Of a stretch of 64,000 nt of DNA, positions 1 through 9,428 are shown piece after piece. The notes beneath the pieces were generated by a model. The model had not been told where the DNA came from. It did no database searches and was given only the letters and a program-made list of their open reading frames with translations. The stretch's first letter is position 1; each line of letters opens with the position of its first letter. The stretch comes from an uncultured Thermoanaerobaculia bacterium (GTDB taxonomy: Bacteria; Acidobacteriota; Thermoanaerobaculia; Multivoradales; Multivoraceae). Location: the NCBI GenBank assembly GCA_951812325.1, contig OX638294.1:1675772-1739771 (forward strand), in the 5' to 3' direction. The translations under genes were made by a program, and so were the position numbers.

Positions 1-74
1 GTCCGCTCCAGGATGTTCCAGATCCTCTGCGGTGCGGCCGCCGCCTCGCTGCCTGATTCGTTGCTGCTGGTCAT
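1..74 (-). CDS. 5' end of a gene running off the window (MTSSNESGSEAAAAPQRIWNILER...)
   Basis: ATG at 74 preceded by purine-rich GGGAGAGAG on the minus strand; frame open to the window edge. Confidence 0.5.
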   Translation of the reverse strand, partial: MTSSNESGSEAAAAPQRIWNILER

Positions 75-501
75 CGTCTCTCTCCCTGTTCCAATTCCAG
101 AAGCGGGCCGCGCCACGGCGCCCGCCGGTTGTGTGTCGTGTTGGCGCCCGGCGGCCCCTTCGGGCGCATGCCGAGCAGGGACACATCCTACCGGCCAGCA
201 GGTCGCCCGAGCGCGCGATCCCGGACCTCTCGAACAGATAGACGGCGAAGGTGCGGCGATCGTCCTCTTCGCAACTGCTGCAACTGCTCACCGCCATTCC
301 CGGAAGATCTGCCGCGGCCTGCATCTCGACTTGCATCCCGCCGTGGTCCGCAGTGAGAACCCGGCGGGATCCGCTCCTCTGCCGGTCTACCGACTACACG
401 GGAACGCCGTCGAGTCCACGAAGGACGCCGCCCGCTTGCGGCGATCCGTCTTCACGTACCGGCAAGCACCGAGTAGCTGGGCAAACGGCAGTCAACCGCG
501 A

Positions 502-1566
502 TCAGAACCGGTCCGCCTCCCAGAACGCGAAGCGCTCCGGGGGCAAACAACGGGCCAGCAAGTCTCCCCCGCCGGCCAGTCCGAGCCGGCCAGCGAGCGC
601 GTCGTCATCCAGGCACCGGATCATCCACGTCGCCGGCGGCCGGGCGTCCGGAGGCAGCTCGTCCCAGGCGGGTCGGGTTTCGATTCGTGCGCCGGCAGCG
701 GCAAAGGCCGCTTGAAGCGCCTCGTCGCGCACCAGAGGCAACCGGACCGACTGGACGCCGCGGCCGACCAACGCGGCTGCGACCAGGTCGCACAGGGCTG
801 GCGCCGCATCCCGCTCGCGGCCCCACTCGAGGACGCGCAGGCGGCCGTCGAAGTCCGCGACGCGCAGGTAGGCCACTGCCCGAGTTCCGTCGTCGGCGAT
901 CCGGATGTCCTCGTCCGGCGTCCCGGCAAGTGCAAAGCTGGCCTGCCAGTCCTCCGCCGAGCTGCGCTGAACGATGCCGTCAAGCGGCTTGGCCCCGGCG
1001 CCTTCCACGTAAACGCCCCAGAGGCGTTGCAGGTCGCCGCGGTCGGTCGTCGGGGCGTAGCGGCGGGCGACGCTGACCGGGGGTTCGTGCGCGCTCGCGC
1101 GAGATCGACGCCGCGACCGCCAGCGAGCCGCGTCCGGCCAGTGCAGCGTGCGCCAGCCGCGCGACCACGGCCGGTAGCCGTACCGCCCGTACCACTTGAG
1201 CCGCTCGGCGAGCAGGCAGGAGAGAACCATTCCCCTCTCCCGCATCGCGTCGATCGTCCGTTCGAGGAGCGCTCCCGCAACTCCTCGCCGCCGCGAGTCA
1301 GGCCGGGTGAAGACGCTCCCGATGCCGCCCATCGGCAGCACGTGACCACCGACCCGTACCCGGCGCACAAAGATCTGGATGCACGAGACCAGTTCGCCGC
1401 CCTGTTCCGCGACCCACACGTTGCGCGGCTCGAACGCCGGGTCAAGTTCGATGTAGCGGCGGAAGAAGTCCCGGCCACTCTGGCCGTCGGGGAACGGCCA
1501 GCCGTCCAGGAGGTCAAGCACCGCCTCGATCTCGTCGACGCGGAGGGTTCGGAGTCGTGGGTCCAC
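502..1566 (-). CDS. GNAT-family acetyltransferase (Eis-like)
   Basis: MGGIGSVFTRPDSRRRGVAGALL acetyl-CoA motif A and WYGRYGY; start taken at GTG 1566 (ORF extends to 1695). Confidence 0.8.
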   Translation of the reverse strand: MDPRLRTLRVDEIEAVLDLLDGWPFPDGQSGRDFFRRYIELDPAFEPRNVWVAEQGGELVSCIQIFVRRVRVGGHVLPMGGIGSVFTRPDSRRRGVAGALLERTIDAMRERGMVLSCLLAERLKWYGRYGYRPWSRGWRTLHWPDAARWRSRRRSRASAHEPPVSVARRYAPTTDRGDLQRLWGVYVEGAGAKPLDGIVQRSSAEDWQASFALAGTPDEDIRIADDGTRAVAYLRVADFDGRLRVLEWGRERDAAPALCDLVAAALVGRGVQSVRLPLVRDEALQAAFAAAGARIETRPAWDELPPDARPPATWMIRCLDDDALAGRLGLAGGGDLLARCLPPERFAFWEADRF

Positions 1567-1734
1567 GTTGATCGCGACTCTGCCATGCGAGATGCCCTGC
1601 CTGCAGTGTTTTCCAATAGAGAAATGAGCGTGTAGCGGCGACGGCAGAGAGGCTTCGATCCCACCCGACTCACGCTCACCTCTCGCTGGACTCACGCTCC
1701 CCGTTCACGCTCACTCGCTGGACAGCTCTCCTGC

Positions 1735-1769
1735 TTGACGGCAGAGTCGGACTTAGCCAGACTTAGCCA
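1735..1769 (+). promoter_or_regulatory. Putative vapBC promoter with tandem operator GACTTAGCCA x2
   Basis: TTGACG(1735)-17 bp-CAGACT; perfect 10-bp direct repeat 1750-1769 overlapping the -10; GGAGG upstream of ATG 1796. Confidence 0.5.
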
Positions 1770-1795
1770 GGCCGTAACTCTGGAGGGGAGAACGG

Positions 1796-2050
1796 ATGCA
1801 GGTGAACATGCACGAAGCGAAATCACAACTCTCGCGCCTGGGCAAGCTGGCCTGGGAAGGCGAGGAGGTCGTCATCGCGAAGGCGGGAGAGCCGTACCTG
1901 CGGCTCGAGCCCTATCGCGAGAAGAAACCGGAACCCCGCAAGCTGGGCGGTCTGGAGGGAATGATCCGGATGGCGCCGGACTTCGACGAGCCGGACGAGG
2001 AACTCTTCGAAGAGCTGATGAACTCGAAGATCTTCCCGGACGAGACCTGA
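1796..2050 (+). CDS. Phd/YefM-family antitoxin
   Basis: MQVNMHEAKSQLSRL...GEEVVIAKAGEP is the typical Phd N-terminus; lies upstream of a PIN toxin. Confidence 0.9.
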   Translation: MQVNMHEAKSQLSRLGKLAWEGEEVVIAKAGEPYLRLEPYREKKPEPRKLGGLEGMIRMAPDFDEPDEELFEELMNSKIFPDET

Positions 2051-2052
2051 GG

Positions 2053-2433
2053 GTGGACCGTCTGCTGCTCGATACGCACGCGTTCCTGTGGTGCTTGTCC
2101 GATGCCGGCAGACTGAGGGCGGCCTCGCGCAGCGCGATCGAAGATCCTCGAAACGAGATCTTCGTCAGCGCGATCACAGCCTGGGAGATCACGGTCAAGC
2201 AACTGAAAGGGAAGATGGAAGCGCCCGACAACCTGGCGGCGTGGGTCGACGAGAAGGGCTTCACCCACCTGCCGCTCTCGTTCCACCACGCCGAACTGGC
2301 AGCGCGCTTGCCGCGGTACCACAAGGACCCGTTCGACCGGTTTCTGATCGCCCAGGCCCAGGCCGAAGGGCTCGCGGTCGTCACTCGCGACACGCACTTC
2401 CCGCTCTACGGGGTCCGGACCGTGCGCGCCTGA
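2053..2433 (+). CDS. vapC: VapC PIN-domain toxin
   Basis: LLLDTHAFLW, SAITAWEI, HKDPFDRFLIAQA, VVTRD; GTG start 2053. Confidence 0.92.
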   Translation: MDRLLLDTHAFLWCLSDAGRLRAASRSAIEDPRNEIFVSAITAWEITVKQLKGKMEAPDNLAAWVDEKGFTHLPLSFHHAELAARLPRYHKDPFDRFLIAQAQAEGLAVVTRDTHFPLYGVRTVRA

Positions 2434-2586
2434 AGCCGAGCCGGCTGCGTCTTCCTCGTGCGGGTCGCGCTTGCGCGCTGGCGGCCGGCCCCCGGAGCGG
2501 CGGCGCCGCACGCGGGTTCGGATCCGGGCCGCCTACGGTGCGCAGCAACGCCTGGCCCGGCGCGGCGCGGCGCTAGGCTTCCCGAC

Positions 2587-4659
2587 GTGAACTTGCGCGC
2601 AGCCTCACTCACGGCCTTCCTTCTCTGGCCGCTCGCCCTGACGGCCCAGACCGACTTGCCAATCCGCGTCGAGCCGTTCCGCCAGCAGGTCGCGGAGTAC
2701 GGGCCAGCAACCGACGACATCGAGGCGGATACGGCAGCGCCATCCTTCTCCCGCACCGTTGACGCCCCCGGCGAAGTCCGCGACGTCGTCACCGATGCCG
2801 CCATCCGAATCGCGGTCGCCTCGTCCACAGGCGTCTACCTGCGAGACGGCGGCGAGACGGACTGGAGGCGCCTGTTGCCGCGCGATGGCGACCGGAGCTG
2901 GGCGCCGGTCGACGTCCGCGCCGTGGATTTCGACTACGACGGCAGGCTGTGGTTCGCCTCGCCCCAGGGCCTCGGCTCTCTCGACGAGACCACCGGCGTC
3001 TGGCGCCTCTACGACCGGTCCGACGGCCTGCCCTGGAACGACTTCACGGACCTGGCCTCGGCGTCGGACGGCTCGATCTGGGCGGGTACGACGCGCGGAC
3101 TGGTGCGCCTGATCCCCGGCGCTGCGCCGGACGACCCGCCGCGCTGGCAGTACCGGCAGGGGCGGCGCTGGCTGCCCCATGACCACGTGCTCGAAGTCCG
3201 GGTCGACCGGGACGGGGCGGTGCGGGTCGAGACCGCCGCGGGCCCCGGCGCGATCCACCTGCGCCCGATGACCCTGCGGAAAAAGGCGGAGCGTTTTCTT
3301 GAGGCGATCGACCGCTTCCACCGGCGAACGCCCTACGGCTACGTCTTGGGCGTGACCCTGGAACAGCCGGGCGACACGTCGGCGTTCCGCCAATCCGACA
3401 GCGACAACGACGGCCTCTGGACCTCGATGTACGGCGCCGCCGAGTGCCTGCGCTGGGCCGTCACCGGCCAACCGGAAGCGCGCGAGAACGCACGCAAGGC
3501 GTTCGAGGCGCTGCGCTTCCTGCAACTCGTGACCCAAGGCGGAACGCCGCCGGCCGAGCCGGGCTTCGTTGCCCGCACGATCCTGCCGGCCGACGGTCCC
3601 GATCCGAACGCTGGCCGGCTCGAGCACGATCGCCGGATGCGGGAGGAGAGGGACGGGCTGTGGAAGGTGATCGACCCCCGCTGGCCCACGAGCGCCGACG
3701 GCCAGTGGTACTGGAAGAGCGACACGAGTTCCGACGAACTGGACGGCCACTTCTTCTTCTACGCCCTCTACTACGACCTGGTCACCGAGAGCGACCCCGA
3801 ACGCGCCGAGGTCCGCGAAACCGCGCTCGCGATCGTCGACCATCTGATCGACCACGGCGGCGCCCTCGTCGACCACGACGGGCGACGAACCCGCTGGGCG
3901 GTGTTCGGCCCCGAGCAACTGAACGACGACCAGGAATGGTGGGAGGAACGCGGGCTGAACTCGTTGTCCTACCTGACCTACCTGCGGATCGCCGAGCACA
4001 TGAGCGGAGCCGACGGCGGGCAGCGCTACGCGGAGGCCGCCCGGACCCTCCTCAACGACCACGCCTACCTGGCCAACCTGCGCAACCCCAAGGTCCAGAG
4101 CGGCCCCGGCACCGGCAACCAGTCGGACGACGAGATGGCGTTGATGAACTTCTACCACCTGCTGAAGTACGAGCGGGACGAGGCGGTGCGGAGCGTCGTC
4201 GCCCATTCCCTGCGCCAGTACTGGAAGGTCCTGCGGCCGGAGCGGAACCCGCTGTTCGACTTCATCCACGCCGCCGCGATCGACGGCGCCGGCTACCGCG
4301 ACGCCTTCGACGACGAGACGTACAGCCGCGCCGACCACCCGCTCCACGACGCGGTGGAAAGCCTCGTCCTCTACCCGCTTGACCGGCTTGACTGGGCGCT
4401 GTCGAACAGCCACCGGCTCGACGTCGCGCTGCTGCGCGGGCAGGACGAGCGGCGCGGCGTTCGCGGCCACCTGCCGGACGGCCGTGCGCTGCCGATCGAC
4501 GAGCGTTTCGTCAACCACTGGAATCACGATCCCTGGCGGCTCGACCACGACGGCCAGGGCCGCTACCTCGCCGACGGCGCGAGCTTCCTCCTGCCGTACT
4601 ACCTCGGCCTCTACCACGAGCTGATCGAGGAAACGCCGCCGGACGCGCCAGCGCAATGA
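2587..4659 (+). CDS. Secreted protein: beta-propeller repeats plus helical (glycosidase-like) C-terminal domain
   Basis: Signal-like N-terminus; repeats DGRLWFAS/DGSIWAGT/DGLP; C-terminal DNDGLWT and WKSDTSSDELDGH motifs; function inferred. Confidence 0.65.
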   Translation: MNLRAASLTAFLLWPLALTAQTDLPIRVEPFRQQVAEYGPATDDIEADTAAPSFSRTVDAPGEVRDVVTDAAIRIAVASSTGVYLRDGGETDWRRLLPRDGDRSWAPVDVRAVDFDYDGRLWFASPQGLGSLDETTGVWRLYDRSDGLPWNDFTDLASASDGSIWAGTTRGLVRLIPGAAPDDPPRWQYRQGRRWLPHDHVLEVRVDRDGAVRVETAAGPGAIHLRPMTLRKKAERFLEAIDRFHRRTPYGYVLGVTLEQPGDTSAFRQSDSDNDGLWTSMYGAAECLRWAVTGQPEARENARKAFEALRFLQLVTQGGTPPAEPGFVARTILPADGPDPNAGRLEHDRRMREERDGLWKVIDPRWPTSADGQWYWKSDTSSDELDGHFFFYALYYDLVTESDPERAEVRETALAIVDHLIDHGGALVDHDGRRTRWAVFGPEQLNDDQEWWEERGLNSLSYLTYLRIAEHMSGADGGQRYAEAARTLLNDHAYLANLRNPKVQSGPGTGNQSDDEMALMNFYHLLKYERDEAVRSVVAHSLRQYWKVLRPERNPLFDFIHAAAIDGAGYRDAFDDETYSRADHPLHDAVESLVLYPLDRLDWALSNSHRLDVALLRGQDERRGVRGHLPDGRALPIDERFVNHWNHDPWRLDHDGQGRYLADGASFLLPYYLGLYHELIEETPPDAPAQ

Positions 4660-4737
4660 ACGCGACATCGAGGTGAGTCTCAGGCAGATCAGGACCGCGA
4701 CGGCACTCGGCGCGGCCGCCGTGGAGGGCGGCGCGCC

Positions 4738-6390
4738 ATGAACTGGAGCCTCTCCGGGCTCGACGCCGCGATCGTCCTCGTCTACCTGGCGGGCATCCTG
4801 GTCATCGGCACCACGTTCAGCCGCTACGTGAAGACCAGCGGCGACTTCCTGCTCGCCGGGCGCGCCCTGCCGTTCTGGGCCATCGGCATGTCGATCGTGG
4901 TCAGCGACATCGGCGCCACGGACTTCATCGCCGTCGCCGGCGGGACGTACCGCTACGGTCTCGCCCAGGCCAACTTCGACTGGCTGGGCTCGATGCCGGC
5001 GCTGCTGATCGCCGCCTTCCTCATCGTGCCGTTCTACTGGCGAAGCGGCGTCTACACCGTGCCCGAGTTCCTGGGCCGGCGCTACGGCAGCGGCGTGCGC
5101 AGCTTCCTCGCCCTGGCCTGGGGCCTGATCCTGGTGCTCAACCTGGGAATCATGATCCACGCCACGGCGCTGCTCATGCGCACGGTGCTGGGCTGGGATC
5201 CGCAACTCTCGATCTGGATCACGACCGGCATCGTCGGCATCTACACGATCAGCGGCGGTCTGGCGGCCGTCGTGATGACCGACGTGCTTCAGCTCATCAT
5301 CATGTTCGTCGGCGGCGCCGCCCTGGTGGCGCGGGCGCTCTACGAGGTCGGAGGGCTGGCCGGGCTGCGGGACGGCGTCCTGAACCAGGGCCCGGCGTAC
5401 GCGGACCACTTCTCGCTCTACCTGCCCCATGACACGGCGACGCCCTTCCCCTGGACCGGCATCGTCCTGGGCCTCGGCATCGTCCTCTCCGTCGCCTACT
5501 ACACCGGCAATCAGACGATCGTGCAGCGGGCGCTCGGGGCGCGCAGCGAGTGGGACGCGAAGGCCGGCGTGCTGCTGGCCGGCTTCCTCAAGCTGTTCAT
5601 CCCGCTGCTCGTCGCGTTGCCGGGGCTGGCCGCGATCCTGATCGTCCCCGACCTTCAGAACGCCGACGAGGCGGTGCCGAGCCTGATCGCCCGGTTGCTG
5701 CCGCCGGGACTGCGCGGCCTGATGTTCGCGGCCTTCCTCGCCGCTCTCATGTCGAGCGTCGACTCGAACCTGAACTCGGCGGCGACCCTCTGGAGCCGCG
5801 ACCTGCTCGGGCGTGTCCGGCGGCGGTGGCGCCGGCGCGACCTCAAGACCGCGGCCGAACCCGGGTCGCGCGAAACCGCGCCACCCGCGGACCAGTCCGA
5901 ACGCTCGTCATCGAGCGTTCGCAGTGAACTCCGGTTCGCGCGCATCCTGTCCGCCGTGCTGCTGATCGCGGCCGCCTTGATCGCACCCGAGATCGAGCAG
6001 CGCTTCAGCAACATCTACAACGCGATCCAGACCGTCTTCTCCCTGATCCAGGGGCCGACCCTCGCGGTACTCCTGCTCGGAGTGCTGTGGCGCGGCGCGA
6101 ACCGCTACGGCGGCGCCACGGGCCTCGTCGCCGGCGTCGGCTTGTGCCTGCTGCTCAATTCTCCCGCGATGGAGGGACTCTTCCCGTCCGAGGAGCCATT
6201 CCTCTTCGTCGCCTGGTGGTCCTTCGCGTTCACCCTCGCCGTGACCTGGATCGTCAGCCGGCTGACGCCGCCCGAACCGCCGGAGCGTCTGCGCGGGCTG
6301 GTCTGGGGCGAGGTGCGAAACGACGAGGCGGTGCAAGCCGCGCTGCGGAGTCGGGTCGCCCGCCTGCAGGACACAAGCGTGGCGCGATGA
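4738..6390 (+). CDS. Sodium:solute symporter (SSS/SLC5) family transporter
   Basis: DFLLAGR, YTVPEFLGRRYG, GGLAAVVMTD, QTIVQRAL, AALMSSVDS motifs; many TM segments. Confidence 0.92.
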   Translation: MNWSLSGLDAAIVLVYLAGILVIGTTFSRYVKTSGDFLLAGRALPFWAIGMSIVVSDIGATDFIAVAGGTYRYGLAQANFDWLGSMPALLIAAFLIVPFYWRSGVYTVPEFLGRRYGSGVRSFLALAWGLILVLNLGIMIHATALLMRTVLGWDPQLSIWITTGIVGIYTISGGLAAVVMTDVLQLIIMFVGGAALVARALYEVGGLAGLRDGVLNQGPAYADHFSLYLPHDTATPFPWTGIVLGLGIVLSVAYYTGNQTIVQRALGARSEWDAKAGVLLAGFLKLFIPLLVALPGLAAILIVPDLQNADEAVPSLIARLLPPGLRGLMFAAFLAALMSSVDSNLNSAATLWSRDLLGRVRRRWRRRDLKTAAEPGSRETAPPADQSERSSSSVRSELRFARILSAVLLIAAALIAPEIEQRFSNIYNAIQTVFSLIQGPTLAVLLLGVLWRGANRYGGATGLVAGVGLCLLLNSPAMEGLFPSEEPFLFVAWWSFAFTLAVTWIVSRLTPPEPPERLRGLVWGEVRNDEAVQAALRSRVARLQDTSVAR

Positions 6391-6626
6391 GAACGATCCT
6401 CGAGTTCGTCCTTGGACCGATCGACTCCGCGATGGGGGCGCTGCCGCTCCGGAGCGCGCGGGTCGCCGTCGCCCTGCTGCTCATCCTGCCGGCGGCCGCC
6501 GTCTGGCGGCTCAGCCGCGACTGGGTGTTCCGCGGCGCGCCCGACGGCGCCCGCTGGCGCGATCTGAGAATCTGGGCCGCCCTGTTCATTGTCCCCTACC
6601 TCGTGATCTACCTCCTGCTGGCCTAG
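6387..6626 (+). CDS. Small membrane protein coupled to the SSS transporter
   Basis: ATGA overlap with the SSS stop; two hydrophobic segments and GAPDGARWRDLRIWA. Confidence 0.7.
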   Translation: MRTILEFVLGPIDSAMGALPLRSARVAVALLLILPAAAVWRLSRDWVFRGAPDGARWRDLRIWAALFIVPYLVIYLLLA

Positions 6627-6650
6627 CAGCTAAACAGACAAGCCCGTGCA

Positions 6651-6820
6651 ACGCGATGACTTCCGACCACGCCAAACCGCGACACGCGGCAAGAGACGGC
6701 AATCCGCCGACGGTCTCCTGCCTGCCACGCGATGACTTCTGACCACGCCAACCGCGACACGCGACAGGGACGGCAATCCGCCGACGGTCTCCTGCGTCCA
6801 ACGCGATGACCTCTGACCAC
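6651..6820 (+). repeat. About 75-bp tandem repeat (2.3 copies) duplicating the start of the downstream gene
   Basis: ACGCGATGAC(T/C)TC(C/T)GACCAC at 6651, 6727 and 6801; the third copy contains ATG 6806. Confidence 0.85.
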
Positions 6821-7024
6821 AACAAGCGCGACCGCTCCACCGCCCGCATCCTCGGCGTGTTCCTGGCCGTGCTGTCGATACCGGTTCTCGTCGGGGGCTT
6901 CTCGGCTGCCCTGACGATCGACCTCGCTCTCGGGACCGCCGCAGGCGCGGCGCTGTTGCTCGCGGCCGCCGTGCTCATGTTCTACGGCAGCCGCGGGCGC
7001 CCGAAACAGTCGAGGAAGCGCTGA
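6806..7024 (+). CDS. Small two-TM hypothetical protein
   Basis: 72-aa ORF with two hydrophobic helices. Confidence 0.65.
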   Translation: MTSDHNKRDRSTARILGVFLAVLSIPVLVGGFSAALTIDLALGTAAGAALLLAAAVLMFYGSRGRPKQSRKR

Positions 7025-7062
7025 CCGAGCCGCCCCGGCCGGGCCGGGCCATCGCGCCGAAG

Positions 7063-7599
7063 GTGGCCGAGGACGAGGCGCGCCGGTTGCTTGCGGGCGG
7101 GCGGCGCCGCCGACTTCAAAGCGGCCGGCCCCTGGCGCTGGAACTTCTGTACCTGCCCCATCTGCTCGTGATCTACGAGACGCTGGAGGCGGCCGCTGGC
7201 CCTCGCCTGGCCGGCAGCGGCTCGTCGCCGGACGAGCAGCTCGCGGTCCTCGTCTGCCGCTTGAGCGGCCAGGCCGCACACATCCGGCTGCAGAACGTCG
7301 ACATCGCGCCGGGACCGCCGACCCTGCCGCCCGCGCTTGAACCGGTCGAGGCGGAAGAGCGGGCGGGCGATTTCACCGCTCGCGTCCTGCTGACGGCGGC
7401 TCGCGGCAAGCGTCGTCGCGAGCGCGGCAGGTTGCTCCGTTGCGAACCATGCGGCTATCCATACTGGGTCCAGTACGTGGAACGCCGCCGCGGCGTCGAC
7501 TTCCACGCCGTCGACGCCGTCTCCGGGAAGAAGGCCGGCGCCGCCGTCCGGAGCGCCATCGCGCAGGGGATCGTTCGCAGCCTCGCTGCCGGCGCCTGA
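7063..7599 (+). CDS. Hypothetical protein
   Basis: 178-aa ORF (LELLYLPH...GYPYWVQY...VDAVSGKK); start uncertain. Confidence 0.55.
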   Translation: MAEDEARRLLAGGRRRRLQSGRPLALELLYLPHLLVIYETLEAAAGPRLAGSGSSPDEQLAVLVCRLSGQAAHIRLQNVDIAPGPPTLPPALEPVEAEERAGDFTARVLLTAARGKRRRERGRLLRCEPCGYPYWVQYVERRRGVDFHAVDAVSGKKAGAAVRSAIAQGIVRSLAAGA

Positions 7600-7603
7600 G
7601 TTC

Positions 7604-8407
7604 TCAGGTAGCCGACTCGGCCCACAACCAGTCCGAGGCCGCCTCGACGATCCGCTCGGCCGTTTTGATCGCCTCCTCCGCCATCGGTCGGGAGGTCGCC
7701 TCGAACGGCGCCCCTTCCGGAACGCCGTTCGGATACCGGGACGCCGTGTAGTGACGGTCGAGCGAGCGGCCCGCGGCGCGCAGGTCCTTCAACTCCGAAA
7801 TCCGATCGGCAAAGCGGTCGACGAGTTCGACGATCGAGTGCCCGCGAACGAGCCGCTCCCCCGAGCCGTACACGATCGCCTTGACCGCCTTCTCGGCCGC
7901 CTGCCGAGAGATGAAGCAGACCTGGTTGAAGTACCGCTCCCTCAGCGCCAAACGCGCGAAACCCAGGTCGTTCCCGGCCTGATTCAGCCAGCGCTCGGCC
8001 TCCGCCCGCGCCTTGGCCGGCGATGCCGGCCCCGACCAGGCCGCGCCGCCGCGCAGGTCCTCAAGTTCGCGTTCCAGGGCCTCTGCCCAGGCCGTTCCCG
8101 CGTGGACCTGTTTCGCCTCCATCAGCGCGTTGATCACGAACGGCCTCTCCTGGGCCTTCAGCGCTTCGAGTTCCTCGGGCGTATAGACCAGGAGATCCAC
8201 CGCTCCGCCGGCCTTCCGGACGGCCGACTCGTAACACCGGACGCGGTCCGGCCGGGGCTCGTCGCTCGGCTGTACCACGATCAGGTCGATATCGCTCTCG
8301 GCGTCTGCCGTGCCCCGCGCTTGCGACCCGAAGAGCCAGGCGCCGCAGGCGCCCTGCTCTTCCAGGAGCGGGCGCATCGCGTGGAGGAATGTCTCAAGCC
8401 GGGTCAT
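7604..8407 (-). CDS. Fused minimal nucleotidyltransferase (MNT) and HEPN domain protein
   Basis: N-terminal LFGSQARGTADAESDIDL (GSx10DxD) and VDLLVYTPEE; C-terminal WLNQAGNDL, QAAEKAVKA, GHSI, DRHYTASRYP. Confidence 0.88.
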   Translation of the reverse strand: MTRLETFLHAMRPLLEEQGACGAWLFGSQARGTADAESDIDLIVVQPSDEPRPDRVRCYESAVRKAGGAVDLLVYTPEELEALKAQERPFVINALMEAKQVHAGTAWAEALERELEDLRGGAAWSGPASPAKARAEAERWLNQAGNDLGFARLALRERYFNQVCFISRQAAEKAVKAIVYGSGERLVRGHSIVELVDRFADRISELKDLRAAGRSLDRHYTASRYPNGVPEGAPFEATSRPMAEEAIKTAERIVEAASDWLWAESAT

Positions 8408-8486
8408 GGCGGAACTCCGGGAGCTTGCGCCTCATCATCTCACGGCAGCGCTACACTTCGCCCTCCCCAACCGAGGAGACCCGAAA

Positions 8487-9428
8487 ATGGCTGACGCTTT
8501 CGAGACGCCGAAAATCATCCGTGGACCGCTCCGGTCGCCGAAGCAGATGCTCGCCGAGCAGGAGTACGGCGGCCACATGTCCATCCACGACGACTCGACG
8601 GCCGAGCGGATGGGATTTGTGGCCGGCGGGCCGATCGAGGGCCCGACCCACTTCAGCCAGTTCGTGCCCCTGCTCCACGACCTGTGGGGGCAGGAGTGGT
8701 TCGAGACCGGCTGCCTGAGCGCCCACTACCGGAACATGGTCGTCGAAGGCCAACAGGTGCGCGCCCTCGTCGAGCGCCCGGCGGACGGCCAGACCCAGGT
8801 CCGCATCCGGGCCGAGAAGGCGGACGGCACCCAGGTGCTGATCGGCACCGCCTCGATCCGAGGCGACGTCGGGTCGTCGGAGATCGCGACCCGGATAGGC
8901 CGTCTGCGGCCGCCCGGGCCCCTGGTCATCCTCCGCGATCTCGAAGTCGGAATGAAGGGCAAGGGACTCGAGGAAGTGCGGATGGACTTCGACCAGCACA
9001 TGGGCAAGCTCTATCCCTTCAGCCTGAACCAGAAGCTCGACAGGATCACCGAGCCTTCCCCCTGGTACACGGAGGACGAAGGCGCCTCATCGCCCTGGGG
9101 CCGCGCGATCATCCCGCTGGAGATGGTCAGCGTTCTCGCCGGCTACTCGAATCGCAAGGCCGGCTTCCCCACCCGCGGACCGGCGCTGGGCCTGTTCGCC
9201 GGCCAACAGATCCGGATGATCGACGGTCCCCTCTTCGTGGGGCGGGACTACCTGCTGGAGCGCGAGATCGTCGCGCTCAGCGAGAGCCGGCGCACGGAAT
9301 CGAACTGGGTCAGGACGACCTTCCTGGACGCCGAGTCGAAGGAGCCCAAAGCCGAGATGATCCTGAACAACGCGACGCTCAAGCACTCCTTCGCAGGCTA
9401 CGAGGAAGAACGGGCGGCAATGACATGA
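8487..9428 (+). CDS. Hypothetical protein, probable double hot-dog fold
   Basis: SIHDD...GGPIEGPTHFSQF and GPLFVG motifs; GAGGAG RBS; coupled to the acyl-CoA ligase. Confidence 0.65.
   Translation: MADAFETPKIIRGPLRSPKQMLAEQEYGGHMSIHDDSTAERMGFVAGGPIEGPTHFSQFVPLLHDLWGQEWFETGCLSAHYRNMVVEGQQVRALVERPADGQTQVRIRAEKADGTQVLIGTASIRGDVGSSEIATRIGRLRPPGPLVILRDLEVGMKGKGLEEVRMDFDQHMGKLYPFSLNQKLDRITEPSPWYTEDEGASSPWGRAIIPLEMVSVLAGYSNRKAGFPTRGPALGLFAGQQIRMIDGPLFVGRDYLLEREIVALSESRRTESNWVRTTFLDAESKEPKAEMILNNATLKHSFAGYEEERAAMT

Noticed and set aside
1665-1725. Short CTCACGCTC/CTCGCTGGAC repeats
   Set aside because: Low-complexity intergenic sequence with no supportable function.
2605-5430. 941-aa minus-strand ORF and similar long antisense ORFs (13-1635, 25085-27136, 36235-38151, 60815-62332)
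   Set aside because: Shadow ORFs of high-GC genes with clear family motifs on the opposite strand.
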